DNA of 62,343 nucleotides, the filler included, from Collodictyon triciliatum (Eukaryota): assembly GCA_043381765.1 (NCBI GenBank). It is 9 parts of 9 records of this genome, joined end to end, with 100 filler letters (N's around TTAATTAATTAA, not from the genome) between each part and the next. Parts side by side here need not be neighbours in the genome. Positions count along the whole stretch, not along the records: positions 1 to 7,435 come from JBHJMP010003901.1; positions 7,536 to 14,966 come from JBHJMP010003902.1; positions 15,067 to 22,488 come from JBHJMP010003903.1; 6 more parts are not named here. One strand, 5' to 3'. Numbering within the stretch: the first letter of the stretch is position 1; each line of letters opens with the position of its first letter. The notes below the pieces were generated by a model. It had not been told where the DNA came from. It did not search any database and worked only from the letters and a program-made list of their open reading frames with translations. Made by a program: the position numbers and the translations under genes. Shown in pieces: positions 1-20,793 of this stretch.

Positions 1-149
1 AAAATAAAAAAATAAAAAATAAAAAAATAAAAAATAAAAAAATAAAAAATAAAAAAATAAAAAATAAAAAAATAAAAAATAAAAAAATAAAAAATAAAAT
101 AAAGAAAAATGAAAGTAAAAGGAGGAAAATGAAGGTGAAGAGTACTTTG

Positions 150-7151
<7,002 letters not shown>

Positions 7152-7435
7152 CTGGATTCGTGATAAGACAACAAGAAATATAGATGATTAGATATAATAA
7201 TCATCCTTTTTAAGCTAATTTATTTTTTCCAGCATTGAAGTGATTCATTCGCCAATTATTATTAAATGCTCTTAAACAAAATATTTTAAAAAACATGAAA
7301 TAAAGCAAAATGAAATAAAGAAAGAGAAATGGAATAAAATAAAAAGTAAAAATAAAAAGTAAAAATAAAAAGCAAAAATAAAAAGCAAAAATAAAAAGCA
7401 AAAATAAAAAGTAAAAATAAAAAGTAAAAATAAAA

Positions 7436-7535
7436 NNNNNNNNNNNNNNNNNNNNNNNNNNNNNNNNNNNNNNNNNNNNTTAATTAATTAANNNNNNNNN
7501 NNNNNNNNNNNNNNNNNNNNNNNNNNNNNNNNNNN
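7436..7535. other. Artificial scaffold-joining linker N44-TTAATTAATTAA-N44 (cores also at 15011, 22533, 30060, 37583, 45112, 52633, 60155)
   Basis: An identical 12-mer giving stops in all six frames, embedded in N runs, recurs eight times about 7.52 kb apart. Confidence 0.97.
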
Positions 7536-10500
7536 TCTCAGAATCGGAAAAGAAGAGCGTAGTAATTGGAAAGGTCGGAGGCAGTGTGTACGAAAAAATC
7601 TATGATGCGGTGGACATGATTGGAGACGAGTTTGGGAGCTACCCGAACGCACCGATATTTAAGGGAACGAAAACGAAGGGATGGATAGACCTCAGCGGGT
7701 TCTCAATTCAACGGAATGCCACACACGCTGAAATCGACGTTTCGTTCGCTGAAGCTCTTGAAAATCCTTTGAATTTGACAGAAAAATTTACCTTCCCTAT
7801 TGTCAGCGTATATGTCCATCCGAAAGATAAGGTACTTTTTTCATGGAATATATTTATCCAATAACAAATTTATTTTGTATTATTGCTCTCTATTGTTCTG
7901 ATAGGTTGATTTAATGCCCTCTTTTTTTTTCTCTCTCTCTCTCTTTTTTTATCTAGGAACAAGTTCTAAGTACAAGGACAGTTGATAACAGCTTTGTTGA
8001 TGTGGAACAGCCTTGGAATATTTACTTTCGTATTTGCGGCGTGGGTCTCTTTGTTACATACGCCAACCCTGTTGGGAATGGATATATTATTCTTAATAAT
8101 GGAACTGATATGTACAAATTCTTCCTCGCCGATGCAAAGACCATGAGGGTAAGTTTACTATTGGTGGTGCTCTATTTATAGCTTTAATATGACAGGCTCT
8201 GCCTTTTAAATAAATAAAAGAAAGAAGTAGCTGAACCCTCTTTTTTTTTCTTTTTTCATACTCCTAGATTGTCATAGATGTCAATTATTTTGGAGACCCT
8301 ACGGATGATTGGAGTTATACAATCATGTCCGGTCTATACGATATCTCCAATGATAATTTTGTGTTACGCAACATGAATCCATCATATGTACGTCTCTATT
8401 TGCTAAATAGCGAACGGCTATAATTTTATAACATGTGATTGTTTAGGTTCCTGGTATTAACCCATATAAATTAATATCTAGCGTCGTCTGGGAGGTGGCG
8501 ATGATGATTACTATGACCCCAATATCGTGGACATATTAATACCAGAGTTGAAATCAAAGTCTGGTGCGGTAGGGAGTTGATTTCTTTCTCGGAAAATTGC
8601 GATTCCGATTAATTGTTGGAATAATTTTAGGTTAGTAATATGGATCTTCAAAATTTTTTGATGAAAAACTACGATGTTATCAATAAAAGAAGAAGTGTTG
8701 TCCCAGCATCTGGCCCCAACCAGCAAATTGATTATAGCATTCTACCCAAAGGGGACGGTATGACATTTGCTATTCCATGTTATTGTATTGCTTATTATTT
8801 CGATTTTTTTGGTGGTGTAATTGAGTAAAAAAACTAAACAACCCCTATTTGCTCTCTCCTCCTGTAATATAGATTCTTCATGTAAGTTCATAGAATGGCG
8901 TCGTGCGTCAAATGACTGTAACCTTACTTTCAAATCTGCATATCTCATTTACTTATTTATTGAATATAGCATCAAGCAAGGATAACGGAGCTATTATCGG
9001 TGGCGCGGTTGGTGGTGCTGGATTCTTTATTCTTGTTGTTGGTCTTTTCATCGGACTCCGATATCGAAAGAAGCTTCAGGTAATGGAAAAGAGAGAAAAG
9101 CAATTGTTTGTTCATGTGGAATACGGAGACCTCGACTTCGGAAAACATCTCGGCTCGGGTAGTTTTGGTGATGTGAGTTTTTTATCTACTTATTTTTTTA
9201 TTTTTTATATCTACATACATACATACATACAGATTGGTCTCATGGTATTCATATTTCTTCCACAGTACCCCACTTTCCTCCTCATACGTTTTCTTTTCGC
9301 TATCAGGTCTACTCAGGAAAGTGGAGAGGAACAGAGGTGGCCATCAAGAGACTCAACTTCAAAAAGATGACAAAAGAGGCCATAGCTGAGTTCAACCACG
9401 AAGTCCAGGTCATGGTGTAAGATTTCCCTCGACTGCTGCTAGCCCTGTCGCCCACAAGCAATTTTTCTTTTTATCACGTCTTTCATTTCTCTCCTTGCTT
9501 CTGACATCTGCTCAACCCGTGGAACAAATCGGGTCTCAGAGAGCTTCGACATCCAAACCTCGTACTGTACATGGGTGCGTGTGTCAAACAGCCGAATCTG
9601 TGTATTATTTCCGAGCTGATGACCAGAGGCAGTCTGTATGATGTAAGGCACCCGAATTTGGATATTTCAATAGTGTACTTGGCTCCCCTTCATTATAGTT
9701 ATTTTGCTGTTATGTTTATATTTTTGTGATGGCTCTAAAATAATATCCAAAGCCACATCATCACAATGACACAAAATATTCAACCACAGGCTCTTCATGA
9801 CCCCACCATCGATATCGACGAGCACATGCAAATTTCGTTCCTGATGGATGCAGCCCGAGGTAAGAGGACAAGCAATATCATCGAGCACTGCAAGCGGGAT
9901 TGATTCTATGTGTGGTCTTCTGAGATAAAGTCATGAATCCATAGGTCTTCAATACTTGCACATGTCCAACCCTCCGATTCTTCACCGCGACCTGAAAAGT
10001 CCCAATCTTCTTGTAAGTATTCCGACTCAATTGGGGGATTATTTATTTTCCATTATGAATGCTCTGGAAGTATGGATTTAGCTTCAAAAAGAAAGCAAGG
10101 GTCTTTGTATTATAGTCGCTCGGTTAAACTAACGCTTCCATCTCTTTGCTTATTTTTCTTCGTTTTTGTTTTTCTTGTTCTCTTACTTCCTCTTTTTTTT
10201 TTCTTTTAATTAATATTCTAACATCTAAGTTGGACACAAGATGGAACCTCAAAATCAGGTAATTGTTGTGTCCACCAAAGATTTCAGTATTCTAAAAGAA
10301 CTCATCGGACTGTGTGATGTGTGTGCTTTTGCCGAACTGATGCAGATACTTTTGTGTGGTCTGAATGCAATAGTGACTTTGGACTGAGCGGCGTCAAAGG
10401 CAGCGGCCCAAAGGAAGAGGAGCCGGCAGGAACGCTGTTCTGGATGGCACCGGAGGTGATTGTAGGAGGCGAGTACAAGACAAGCGCAGACGTCTACAGC

Positions 10501-13500
10501 TATGCAATCATCATATGGGAGATATACACCAGAAAGGAGCCGTACGAGGTATGAGGGCCCCATTGACAAACAAGAGGCATCCTAGCCTCGGAGTGTGTGG
10601 ATATGGTGATGATATGTCGCATCTCAAACCATAGGGCGAGGTGATGGAATCTGTGGCGTTCCGTGTCTGTCAAGAGAAGTTCCGACCTTCCATTCCGTCT
10701 GCGACAGACATGCCCAAGGAGATGCAGGCGCTGATGCAGAAGTGCTGGGACCAGAACGAGGCAGAGAGGCCAAGCTTCACAACGATTGTCAACGAGCAGA
10801 CGAAGTTCTTCCATGAGAAGCAATCATCAGCTTCATACTCCATGGGCGGGTCGATGACAAAGACAAGCTCAGGCAAAGCTAAAGAAGAGGCCCCCACGGG
10901 CAAACTCGCGCTTGTCTTCACAGACGTGCAAGGGTCNNNNNNNNNNNNNNNNNNNNNNNNNNNNNNNNNNNNNNNNNNNNNNNNNNNNNNNNNNNNNNNN
11001 NNNNNNNNNNNNNNNNNNNNNNNNNNNNNNNNNNNNNNNNNNNNNNNNNNNNNNNNNNNNNNNNNNNNNNNNNNNNNNNNNNNNNNNNNNNNNNNNNNNN
11101 NNNNNNNNNNNNNNNNNNNNNNNNNNNNNNNNNNNNNNNNNNNNNNNNNNNNNNNNNNNNNNNNNNNNNNNNNNNNNNNNNNNNNNNNNNNNNNNNNNNN
11201 NNNNNNNNNNNNNNNNNNNNNNNNNNNNNNNNNNNNNNNNNNNNNNNNNNNNNNNNNNNNNNNNNNNNNNNNNNNNNNNNNNNNNNNNNNNNNNNNNNNN
11301 NNNNNNNNNNNNNNNNNNNGACTGGCCCGAGCCCATATTGAGCCACAAAGCTGCTGTTCAAGTGACATCTGGAGGCATCGCACTTTTCAAGGGTCTCCGC
11401 GTGCGTATGGTGAGTATATGCAGTGTTAAGAAAATGTGAGGAAGCACGGGGATGGAAGACCAGGAGCCCATCAATCCCATAGCGATTGACATGCAAATGC
11501 GTTTTTCTTTTTGCGCATTTCATCTGATGATAGCGATGATAATAGGGAATTCACTATGGCGAGCCGCTGTGCAAGCAAGACCCTGTGACTGGACGCATGG
11601 ACTACTTCGGGCAGGTTGTCAACAAGGCTGCGCGCGTGGGCGGGTATCCCCAAGGAGGTCAGGTGGCCATCAGCGATGCAGCATTTGATGTAAGGCTTTT
11701 GGGTCAGCAGGACTGCATATATAATCATATATATCGCATTTGTGATTGTGGTTGTGGTTGTGGTTGTGTTCATGTTCATGTTGATGTTGATGTTGCGGTG
11801 ATGTTTGAACTCATGCGAGGTTTCTTTTGGTGAGTAGGAGATTCGGGACGAGCTGGACTCACTGGGACGTCCTTCCATCCGCGACCTTGGCGAGCATATA
11901 CTGAAGGGAATCACAACATCCACCAAGCTTCTCGAGGTACTTTGGAGTGTCAAGGACGTTTACAATATGTGTGCGTGTCAATGTCTGTGATACTAATACC
12001 AAGCATGTGTGGTTCATTCCATTCTTTTTTCTTTTTTTTCCTTTTTATTTTTCCTTTTTATTTTTTGCAGATTCTTCCAGCCACTTTGGCAGACCGCTCG
12101 CGTGTCTTTGCGCAGAAGGAGAAGGGCGAGGAAGACGTGACGGATATGACCGAGTCGTCGTCCACCACCCAGGTCTTTTTTCCATTTGTTTAGATGTCAG
12201 GTGCCGTTGATTTGACAATGATTATGATTGGATACAAGATTGGTTGCATTTTATTTTCTGTTTTTGTATTGTGGTAGTGATAGTTTTGTGTGTCAACACA
12301 GGGCCACTCATGGCAACTCAACTTCGAGGACATCTCGGTGTCGGACAAGGAGCTTGGAGCTGGGTCTTTCGGAGTGGTTTTCCTTGGTGAGCTGAGGGGC
12401 GAGCGAGTGGCCGTCAAGAAGTTTATGAAGCAGAAGATGGAGGAGAAGCGCTACTTCTCTTTCCTTGCGGAAATCATGTTGCTCAGGTACGGATTATGAA
12501 CGGACATGGTGGCGATGCGCCGATATATAATATATGATGTTTGATAAGCGAGATAGGAGGACATTTGTAGTAAGGGGCGTGCGATGGTTGGGTGGTATGA
12601 TGAGGTATATGCTGAGGATTTGTTTACAAACTATAGAGAGGTCAGCCACCCATCGATTCTCAAGTTCCATGGAGCGTGTGTGAAGCCGCCCAACATTTGC
12701 CTTGTGATGGAGTTTGCAGAGTTTGGAAGCTTGAAGGACGTGCTGATGAATACGAAGGTATGGAACTGGCGGATGGGGTGCTTACATGTCTACACTGAGT
12801 TTGGGATTTGATGCTTTTTTTGTGTTTTTGTTTTTTTCCCTCCCCCACTTACACACTTTTGCTTCTGCATTCATACACTTTGCAGGTCTCTATCAACGAT
12901 GTGCAGCGAAAGGCTATTTTTGTCCAGATTGCAGATGCGATGAAGTATCTCCACCAACGAAATCCTCCCGTAATACACCGCGACCTCAAGAGCGCAAATG
13001 TGATGGTGAGTGTGATGATAGTTTTGCCGTTTACCCGGATTGATTGAGAGTGGAGCGGATGCAGCCGTCATCTCGTGGTGTGATTTTGCACAATGTGTAC
13101 TTATGCGGGTGAGATTTTCATCAGGTGTGCAGCATGAGCCCGGCGGTGGTCAAGATTGGAGACTTTGGACTTGCACGAGTCAAGTCGGACAACCAAACCA
13201 TGACCAAGTGCGGAACAAAGGCGTGGCTCGCACCCGAGGTACGATTGAGCGTGTATAGCAAAAGAATGTAGTGGTGGATAACAAGACATCAAAGCATCAA
13301 GCAGCGAATGATTGTTATTTTTTATCTGTATGGTTGCTGCTCGAGCTATATGGAGGAGTTTTTGGTGGTAACGTGATTGCTTGTTTGTTGTATACAGATT
13401 CTGAAGGGCATGCGATATGGAGAAAAGGCGGATGTTTTCAGCTTCGGCATCATGGTGTGGGAGATTCTGAGCCGCGAGCGTCCGTATGCAAAGGAGGACC

Positions 13501-13658
13501 CGTTGAAGCTCAACCTCGAAATCGTGAAAGGACTTCGCCCGACCATCCCGAAAGGCGTTGACCCGCGAATCACCACTTTGATGACACAATGCTGGGATGA
13601 CGACGAGAAGAAGCGACCGGGCTTCACGAGCATCTACGACCAGTTCTTTTCGATGTGA
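7536..13658 (+). CDS. Single-pass receptor: glucodextranase-C/DOMON-like ectodomain, TM, TKL kinase, class III nucleotide cyclase, second TKL kinase (5'-partial, gap inside the cyclase)
   Basis: [31 protein letters not shown]. Kinase 1: [36 protein letters not shown]. Cyclase: [33 protein letters not shown]. Kinase 2: [38 protein letters not shown]. Stop TGA at 13656-13658; introns are GT-AG. Confidence 0.9.
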
Positions 13659-14857
13659 AGAGGCTGAGTCATCAAGCTAAGATTGGTGGAGAGTGCACTC
13701 GCACAGACAGATTCTCATAGCCCTATCCTCTCTTTCTTCTTTTTTCCACCTCTTTTTTTTTCTTTGGTTGTCTCTCGACCTCTCCACTTTTGTGTGTCTT
13801 GTGAAAACGCTTGACATGGAAGGCGCACTTTGAGAGGGAGTCGGACAACGGCAACCACAATGATGAAATCCTTTGCATCAGATAAAAGGAAAACAGCACG
13901 CTGATGATGTCGGTGTGTTAGGCTTGGGATTGAAGAAGAAAAAGGATTCTCTGATTTTGATGTGTCAGTGACTATGCAATGCGTGATTTTAGAGAGAGGG
14001 AGTTTGCAAAGAGTATGGGCAACGCATTTCGCATCGGAACACAGCGAATGTTGACACACGCGCGCACTATTGCGTATTGATATCCATCGCCTGTGGTTAT
14101 TATTTGGTTTATCAAAATCACATATGGTCACAGGTCGAAGGGGTCGGGTTTTGCCTTCAAGCTTTCAAGCCAGGCTAAAAGGAGAGAGGGTGATTTTATT
14201 GTCATAGTCACTGCGTCCTGATCAGTGTTTAATTGTTTGATGTTTTAATATTTTACTGACATGTGTCTATTGCAATCACACATTTCGTGTCATGGATGTC
14301 ACAGATAAAAAAAAAATCATGTGGTATGGGCTTCTCTTTGAATCGAATAAAGGAAAAAAATGTGGTATGGGCTTCTGTCCCTTTTTTTATTATTATTATT
14401 ATTTTTATTTTTATTTTTGCAAGGAATATTCTCATAAGCTATTGCTGCATCGTTATGATATTTTTCTTTTCTTTTTATTATTAGAACTGTCACTGTCTCT
14501 TTCTTTGTAGAAACCCATTGACACGGTCATCAATATCACGATACGGGTCTGGGGATGACTAGGAAGTGCGTTGTAAAATACAATTTTATTAAAGTGACTG
14601 AATTAAAAATGAATTCATAGTTATGTTGAAATCGTATCTCATGCCTTTAGAAAATCGTCGCTACGCGCACTTCATGCTCTTTGCAAAGAAAAGTACCTTT
14701 ATGCGAATTTCATATTCTGTGCCGATTACATTCTCGGCTTGGGTCCGGAGAAGCTGGTGTAAAAATGAATATACTGCTTTTATTGAGGCGTTGCGGTGGT
14801 TTTTTCTTTTTGAGTTAAAATATTCAAAGGTGGCTCGGTTTGCGTTTGCGTTTGCGT

Positions 14858-15165
14858 TTGTGTTTTTTGTGTTTTTTGTGTTTTTTGTGTTTTTTGTGTT
14901 TTTTGTGTTTTTTGTGTTTTTTGTGTTTTTTGTGTTTTTTGTGTTTTTTGTGTTTTTTGTGTTTTTNNNNNNNNNNNNNNNNNNNNNNNNNNNNNNNNNN
15001 NNNNNNNNNNTTAATTAATTAANNNNNNNNNNNNNNNNNNNNNNNNNNNNNNNNNNNNNNNNNNNNTTTCTTTTCTCTTCTTTTCTTTTCTTTTCTTTTC
15101 TTTTCTTTTCTTTTCTTTTCTTTTCTTTTCTTTTCTTTTCTTTTCTTTTCTTTTCTTTTCTTTTC
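14858..15165. repeat. (GTGTTTTTT)n and (TTTTC)n simple repeats at scaffold ends either side of a linker
   Basis: Directly visible; contigs end in simple repeats. Confidence 0.9.
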
Positions 15166-15246
15166 TGTGTGCATTCACATAGAGATTGACTCTACGTTTT
15201 GTATGAAAAACTAGAAGCAAAGAGTAACAAAAAGGAAGAAAGAAAG

Positions 15247-16832
15247 ATGAGCACCTCAAGTACGACAAAGGATCCGCTTTGTGAGATCAGTGCGGAACTC
15301 CAGAAACTCGAAGCCACACAACGCCAGGTTTGAGTCAGACTTTTTCAACTTCATAATAAGTGTACAGGAAACCCTCTGGGGGCTGTTATCCCCCTTTAAT
15401 AGTTCATTCTACGCCATCTCAAAAGGCCATTCATATTTTCCACTCTCTATTTGAAAAAAAAAACCACAAAATCGTCTCAAAGTGGTCATTATCCTCCCTG
15501 ATTCTGAGTGCCTTTATAGGTGAATGCATTGGCCCAAGATGTCGCATCTGTTTTGGTGGATCTGGAGCATAAAATCCAGGAAAATGAACAAGTATATTGT
15601 AGATATAAGCCGCATTTATTAAAAATCTTGTGTGAATGATTGTTGGTTTTGGTAGCCATCACTGTTTTTGTTTGAACTATACTCCATTCAAAGGTATTTG
15701 ATGAGCAGCGCCGTTGGTTGGAATTCCAGTCGGTGTTGAAGAATGAAAATGAAAAGGAAGCAACTAAGACCCACCCTTACCCGGATGGCATTGATGATTC
15801 TGTGCAACAAAAAATTGTAGATGTCAGTTTAACTTGTTTTCGTCTCCTTTTTGACATTATTTCTTTAACATATTTCAAGGTCCATTTATTGACCTGTTTT
15901 CTTGTAACATTCCATTTCATAGAGTGAAGAAGAAATCGAACTCATGCAAAAAGTAGGCTTTTATTTTCTATTGCTATGGCAAACTCAACGCGATACAATT
16001 ATTCAGCATTTATAATGTGAATCCCCTCAATAGTGTAGCATTGAATGTCATTGAAATTTTTAGAGTGAACTATGCTTGCGAACAGATTGGTGGTTCTTAC
16101 TAATGTATCACATTCCAGGAAATTGACGAATTGAAATGGAAGTTGCTGGAGGCTGAGGCAGAAAAAGAAATGGCATCGAAGTCTCTAGCTGATGTAAAGG
16201 TACCGTTACTCATTAAATCGACAGTGATCCGTATGTACGCTTAAGTCGCACTAATTACTCTTATATGAATTTGGGTACACCTGAAAATATGTATTGATTA
16301 TTAGGAGATTATTGAAGGAATGCACCACGAGATAGAGTCACTGCAAGCATCATTAAAACAGAAGGAGGATGAACTGGCCCAGACAAAGCAGAATCAGGAA
16401 ACTCCATCACCTTCATCCCGCCAACAAAGTGACCAGCGGGTGATATATTAATATTTTATATAGTTCGTATTTGTCATAATACGTTTGGAAAAATTGAACA
16501 ATTCTCTTAGTTTCATGTGTTGAAACATCCTCAATACATCTCAGGAAGCAACCCCATCACAGGAACGAAAATCGGTTTGATATCCCCGCAAATGAGAATA
16601 ATATCATATTATTGTTTTAGGCTTACTCACTTAAATTTGTTTTGTCCTCTTGAAATGATTTTAAAACATGGGGTAAAAAACCTGAAAATAGGAACCAAGA
16701 GAAGAAAAGCCTGAGTTTTCAATCATCACAGTCTCATGGTCAACTGTCATATCTGCCGTGATTATTGCATCCATATTTGTAATATGCGAGCGGGCTATAG
16801 AAAAATTCATCCTGCCCTCACTTTCCCAGTGA
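15247..16832 (+). CDS. Coiled-coil protein with a C-terminal transmembrane segment (tail-anchored type), function unknown
   Basis: ATG at 15247 (MSTSSTTKDPLCEISAELQKLEATQRQ). Phase-0 GT-AG exons with heptad-like sequence (EIDELKWKLLEAEAEKEM, EIESLQASLKQKEDELAQ) and a last exon ..SIITVSWSTVISAVIIASIFVICERAIEKFILPSLSQ*. Confidence 0.6.
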
Positions 16833-18347
16833 CGAGCAATCAATCGTTCGGTCGAGCGAGAAACAAAGCGGGAGGAATATGCTGAGTCACAGAAGACCAT
16901 CGACTCATCCCATAATCAACCTTCGGTTTACCGAATCACCATTATCTAGATAAACTTACATCCCACCTCCCTGCAGGAAAAAGAAATTCTTTTTGTTGTA
17001 ATCCAAGCCCTTCGAATTATGATTGCTGTAGGTGTTCGATGTCATAACATATCTTGGTTCTACTACCTTGCGAAAATCTTCCACCTTTTACCCATTCNNN
17101 NNNNNNNNNNNNNNNNNNNNNNNNNNNNNNNNNNNNNNNNNNNNNNNNNNNNNNNNNNNNNNNNNNNNNNNNNNNNNNNNNNNNNNNNNNNNNNNNNNNN
17201 NNNNNNNNNNNNNNNNNNNNNNNNNNNNNNNNNNNNNNNNNNNNNNNNNNNNNNNNNNNNNNNNNNNNNNNNNNNNNNNNNNNNNNNNNNNNNNNNNNNN
17301 NNNNNNNNNNNNNNNNNNNNNNNNNNNNNNNNNNNNNNNNNNNNNNNNNNNNNNNNNNNNNNNNNNNNNNNNNNNNNNNNNNNNNNNNNNNNNNNNNNNN
17401 NNNNNNNNNNNNNNNNNNNNNNNNNNNNNNNNNNNNNNNNNNNNNNNNNNNNNNNNNNNNNNNNNNNNNNNNNNNNNNNNNNNNNNNNNNNNNNNNNNNN
17501 NNNNNNNNNNNNNNNNNNNNNNNNNNNNNNNNNNNNNNNNNNNNNNNNNNNNNNNNNNNNNNNNNNNNNNNNNNNNNNNNNNNNNNNNNNNNNNNNNNNN
17601 NNNNNNNNNNNNNNNNNNNNNNNNNNNNNNNNNNNNNNNNNNNNNNNNNNNNNNNNNNNNNNNNNNNNNNNNNNNNNNNNNNNNNNNNNNNNNNNNNNNN
17701 NNNNNNNNNNNNNNNNNNNNNNNNNNNNNNNNNNNNNNNNNNNNNNNNNNNNNNNNNNNNNNNNNNNNNNNNNNNNNNNNNNNNNNNNNNNNNNNNNNNN
17801 NNNNNNNNNNNNNNNNNNNNNNNNNNNNNNNNNNNNNNNNNNNNNNNNNNNNNNNNNNNNNNNNNNNNNNNNNNNNNNNNNNNNNNNNNNNNNNNNNNNN
17901 NNNNNNNNNNNNNNNNNNNNNNNNNNNNNNNNNNNNNNNNNNNNNNNNNNNNNNNNNNNNNNNNNNNNNNNNNNNNNNNNNNNNNNNNATGAAACAACTG
18001 ACACATAAACAAAAAACAAAAAACAAAAAAACAAAAAAACAAAAAACGAAAAAAAAGAAACGAAGTAATCACAAGTGCAATATTTAAAATATCCTCCAAA
18101 CAAGTCGTCCTCCACAACAATATGTAGATTCCTTAACAAGAGTAGATAAACGAAGGCATACAAGTGATAAACTAAAGGAAGGATCGCCTACTCACCAATC
18201 TAAGGCTTCGCTGTGGGCCACCAAGTTTACTTCCGTACTAAACCAACCAATCGTTTTTTCTACCACTTCACCCCACAGCTTTAAGTCTCTCGCGAAGAAG
18301 AGAAGCCACTCAGCTTCACAAAAACCCAAGGAAAAGACCAAGAAAAG

Positions 18348-20144
18348 ATGCAGCCTGCCAACAATCCGATGTCCCTGAACGCAACGGCCTCCAACCTGCA
18401 AGTGGAAGACTACAGCTCCACCCACATATCTGCCAATGGCGGGGCACGAATGCTGCGATCCAAGCACATGCCCAAGCTTGCAGAATCCTCCTTCGGCCAT
18501 TTTCCGCCAGACTACATCCGCGGCAAAGTCACGTACGATCAGGACGAATCAGCCAAGAGTCTCTCTATCTCGGGCGAAGCAAAGCGTGTCCCTGTTGACC
18601 CGAACGGTACTCGTCCTCATGTCCTCCCTACTTGTCCTGCTCCTGTTCCTCTTCTTGTCACTGATGCTATGACGCAAAAGCGTCCTATTTACTTAGTCTG
18701 GTCATAAAAACATTCTGTTATTTTTTTATTTGTAAATCACTATCATCCATGTTTTCTATATCGCCATTTCTGTTGAAGACATTATGACGGTATCCCTCTG
18801 CTTCTAGAGTTCACAAAAAGGCACACTGGGGTTGGGGGGAAGACATCATCACTTCTCACTGGTCACAGCACAGCCCCTCCAGTAGGATCTCCTCCTTCTG
18901 CTGGTGAGTATATCTCTGTATCTCTCTGTATATATCTCTCTCTATATCTCTTTCTCTGTATCTCTCTCTCTCTCTCTCTCTCTCTCCCTCTGTATCTCTC
19001 TCTGTATATCTCTCTCTTTATCTACTCACCCGTCTACTTCTTGAGTGATTCCGCAAGTATTTAGCTAAAACCATGGTCTAGGTGCTACTCACAAGCGAAG
19101 CATCCCAGCCACCCAGTTCCGCCGATTCTATGAGCGAGGGGACCTTCCCATCGCTGTGGAGCATCATACAAACGGTAACCGCATCCAGTGGAAAGTGCTG
19201 CCTGAGAAGCTCGATTACCACCACTATCTCCCCTTGTTCTTTGATGGCCTGCGGGAAAAGGAAGACCCCTACCGCTTCCTTGCCGTACAAGGAGTATTCG
19301 ACTTGCTTGAGCGGGGCTCCTCAAAAATCTTGCCTGTCATTCCGCAGCTCATCATCCCCATCAAAACTGCACTCAACACACGTGACCCACAAATCATCAT
19401 CGTGATGCTCAAAGTCATGCAAAAGGTAATTTAAAGGAGTTTAATCCTCCTCTAAGAATACTAATATTATAATAAAATAAGAGTCTTGAAAAGAAACCAA
19501 AAAAAAATAATAAAATAAGAGTCTGAAAGTACATCACACGCTAAAACACACCATGACTACGTATAATATACCCTTAATCTTTATTCTATATTATTTTATT
19601 ATTTAGAAGATTAATTCTTAAATGCCCGCTATTCATGACCTTTTCTTTTTGAAATCTAGCTTGTCACATCAGCAGAAATGGTCGGAGAAGCTCTTGTGCC
19701 TTACTACAGACAGATTTTGCCGATCTTCAACATTTTCAAGACAAAGAACAGTAACTATCAAATTCATATATACCAATCAAATGCCCCACATATACGTAGA
19801 TATCTAAGTATCATTTACCTGAGGCTATTTACGCACCTTCTGTCATCTCTGATATTGTACTAAATGTATGTATTTGACAATTTCATAGTCAATCTGGGCG
19901 ACGCCATCGACTACAGCCAAAGAAAGAAGCTCAACATAGGGGACTTGATTGAGGAGACGCTGCATGTTTTGGAGGTCAATGGAGGAGAAGACGCATTCAT
20001 CAACATCAAGTATTCATCCATTTTGCTATAACCAAATTCATTAACATAGATGATATAGATGTTAAATTCTATTTCATAACATCTGACATCCTCCACCCAC
20101 ATAGGTACATGATACCAACCTATGAGAGCTATGTTCTCAACTAA
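18348..20144 (+). CDS. PACRG: Parkin co-regulated protein (axonemal inner-junction protein) with an N-terminal extension
   Basis: [88 protein letters not shown]; six exons; TAA at 20142-20144. Confidence 0.97.
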
Positions 20145-20583
20145 GGGGGAAGAACCAGCCAGCAAGCCCAAAGCGCCAACAAACACCTCTGAGACCGTTT
20201 TGACGCTTGTATCCCGTCGCCCTTCCCACATGGCGACACTTTTTTTTTCCTGTTCTTTTCTTAATTTTTTTTCCATCAATGAAATCATCACACTCGGGAA
20301 TATCGACGAATACCGAGCATTTCAGTATACCATACACGTCTTTCTAACAATATTGTGAACCAACTACTTTTTCCTTTCTTCTTTCACTTCCCCTCGCTCG
20401 GCCATCCCAACCACGCTTTTCTTTTCTTTCCGTTCTGATGTTTCTGTCACTCTCGCTGTCTCGATCGTCGCTTGCACCCGCCACCTTCCTGTCAACCCTC
20501 CCGCATACCCTCGCCGTATTAAAAGAAAGATGATACTCAAGAGAACCGCCGAGTGACTGAGTCAAGCAGCCGCACCCGCAGAT

Positions 20584-20757
20584 TTATGCTCGTTCGGCCA
20601 GGACTTGGGCGGATGTTGCCAGTCGCACGTTGCTTGCCTGCAGCGATACGAGAGCCTTTTCGATTCCCTCGGCGTCGATTCCTGCGGACGATGACAACGC
20701 AAGCAGAAGGACAACAGTTCAGTGGCAGTTGTGATGAGATAAACGATGGTGTTGGGA

Positions 20758-20793
<36 letters not shown>

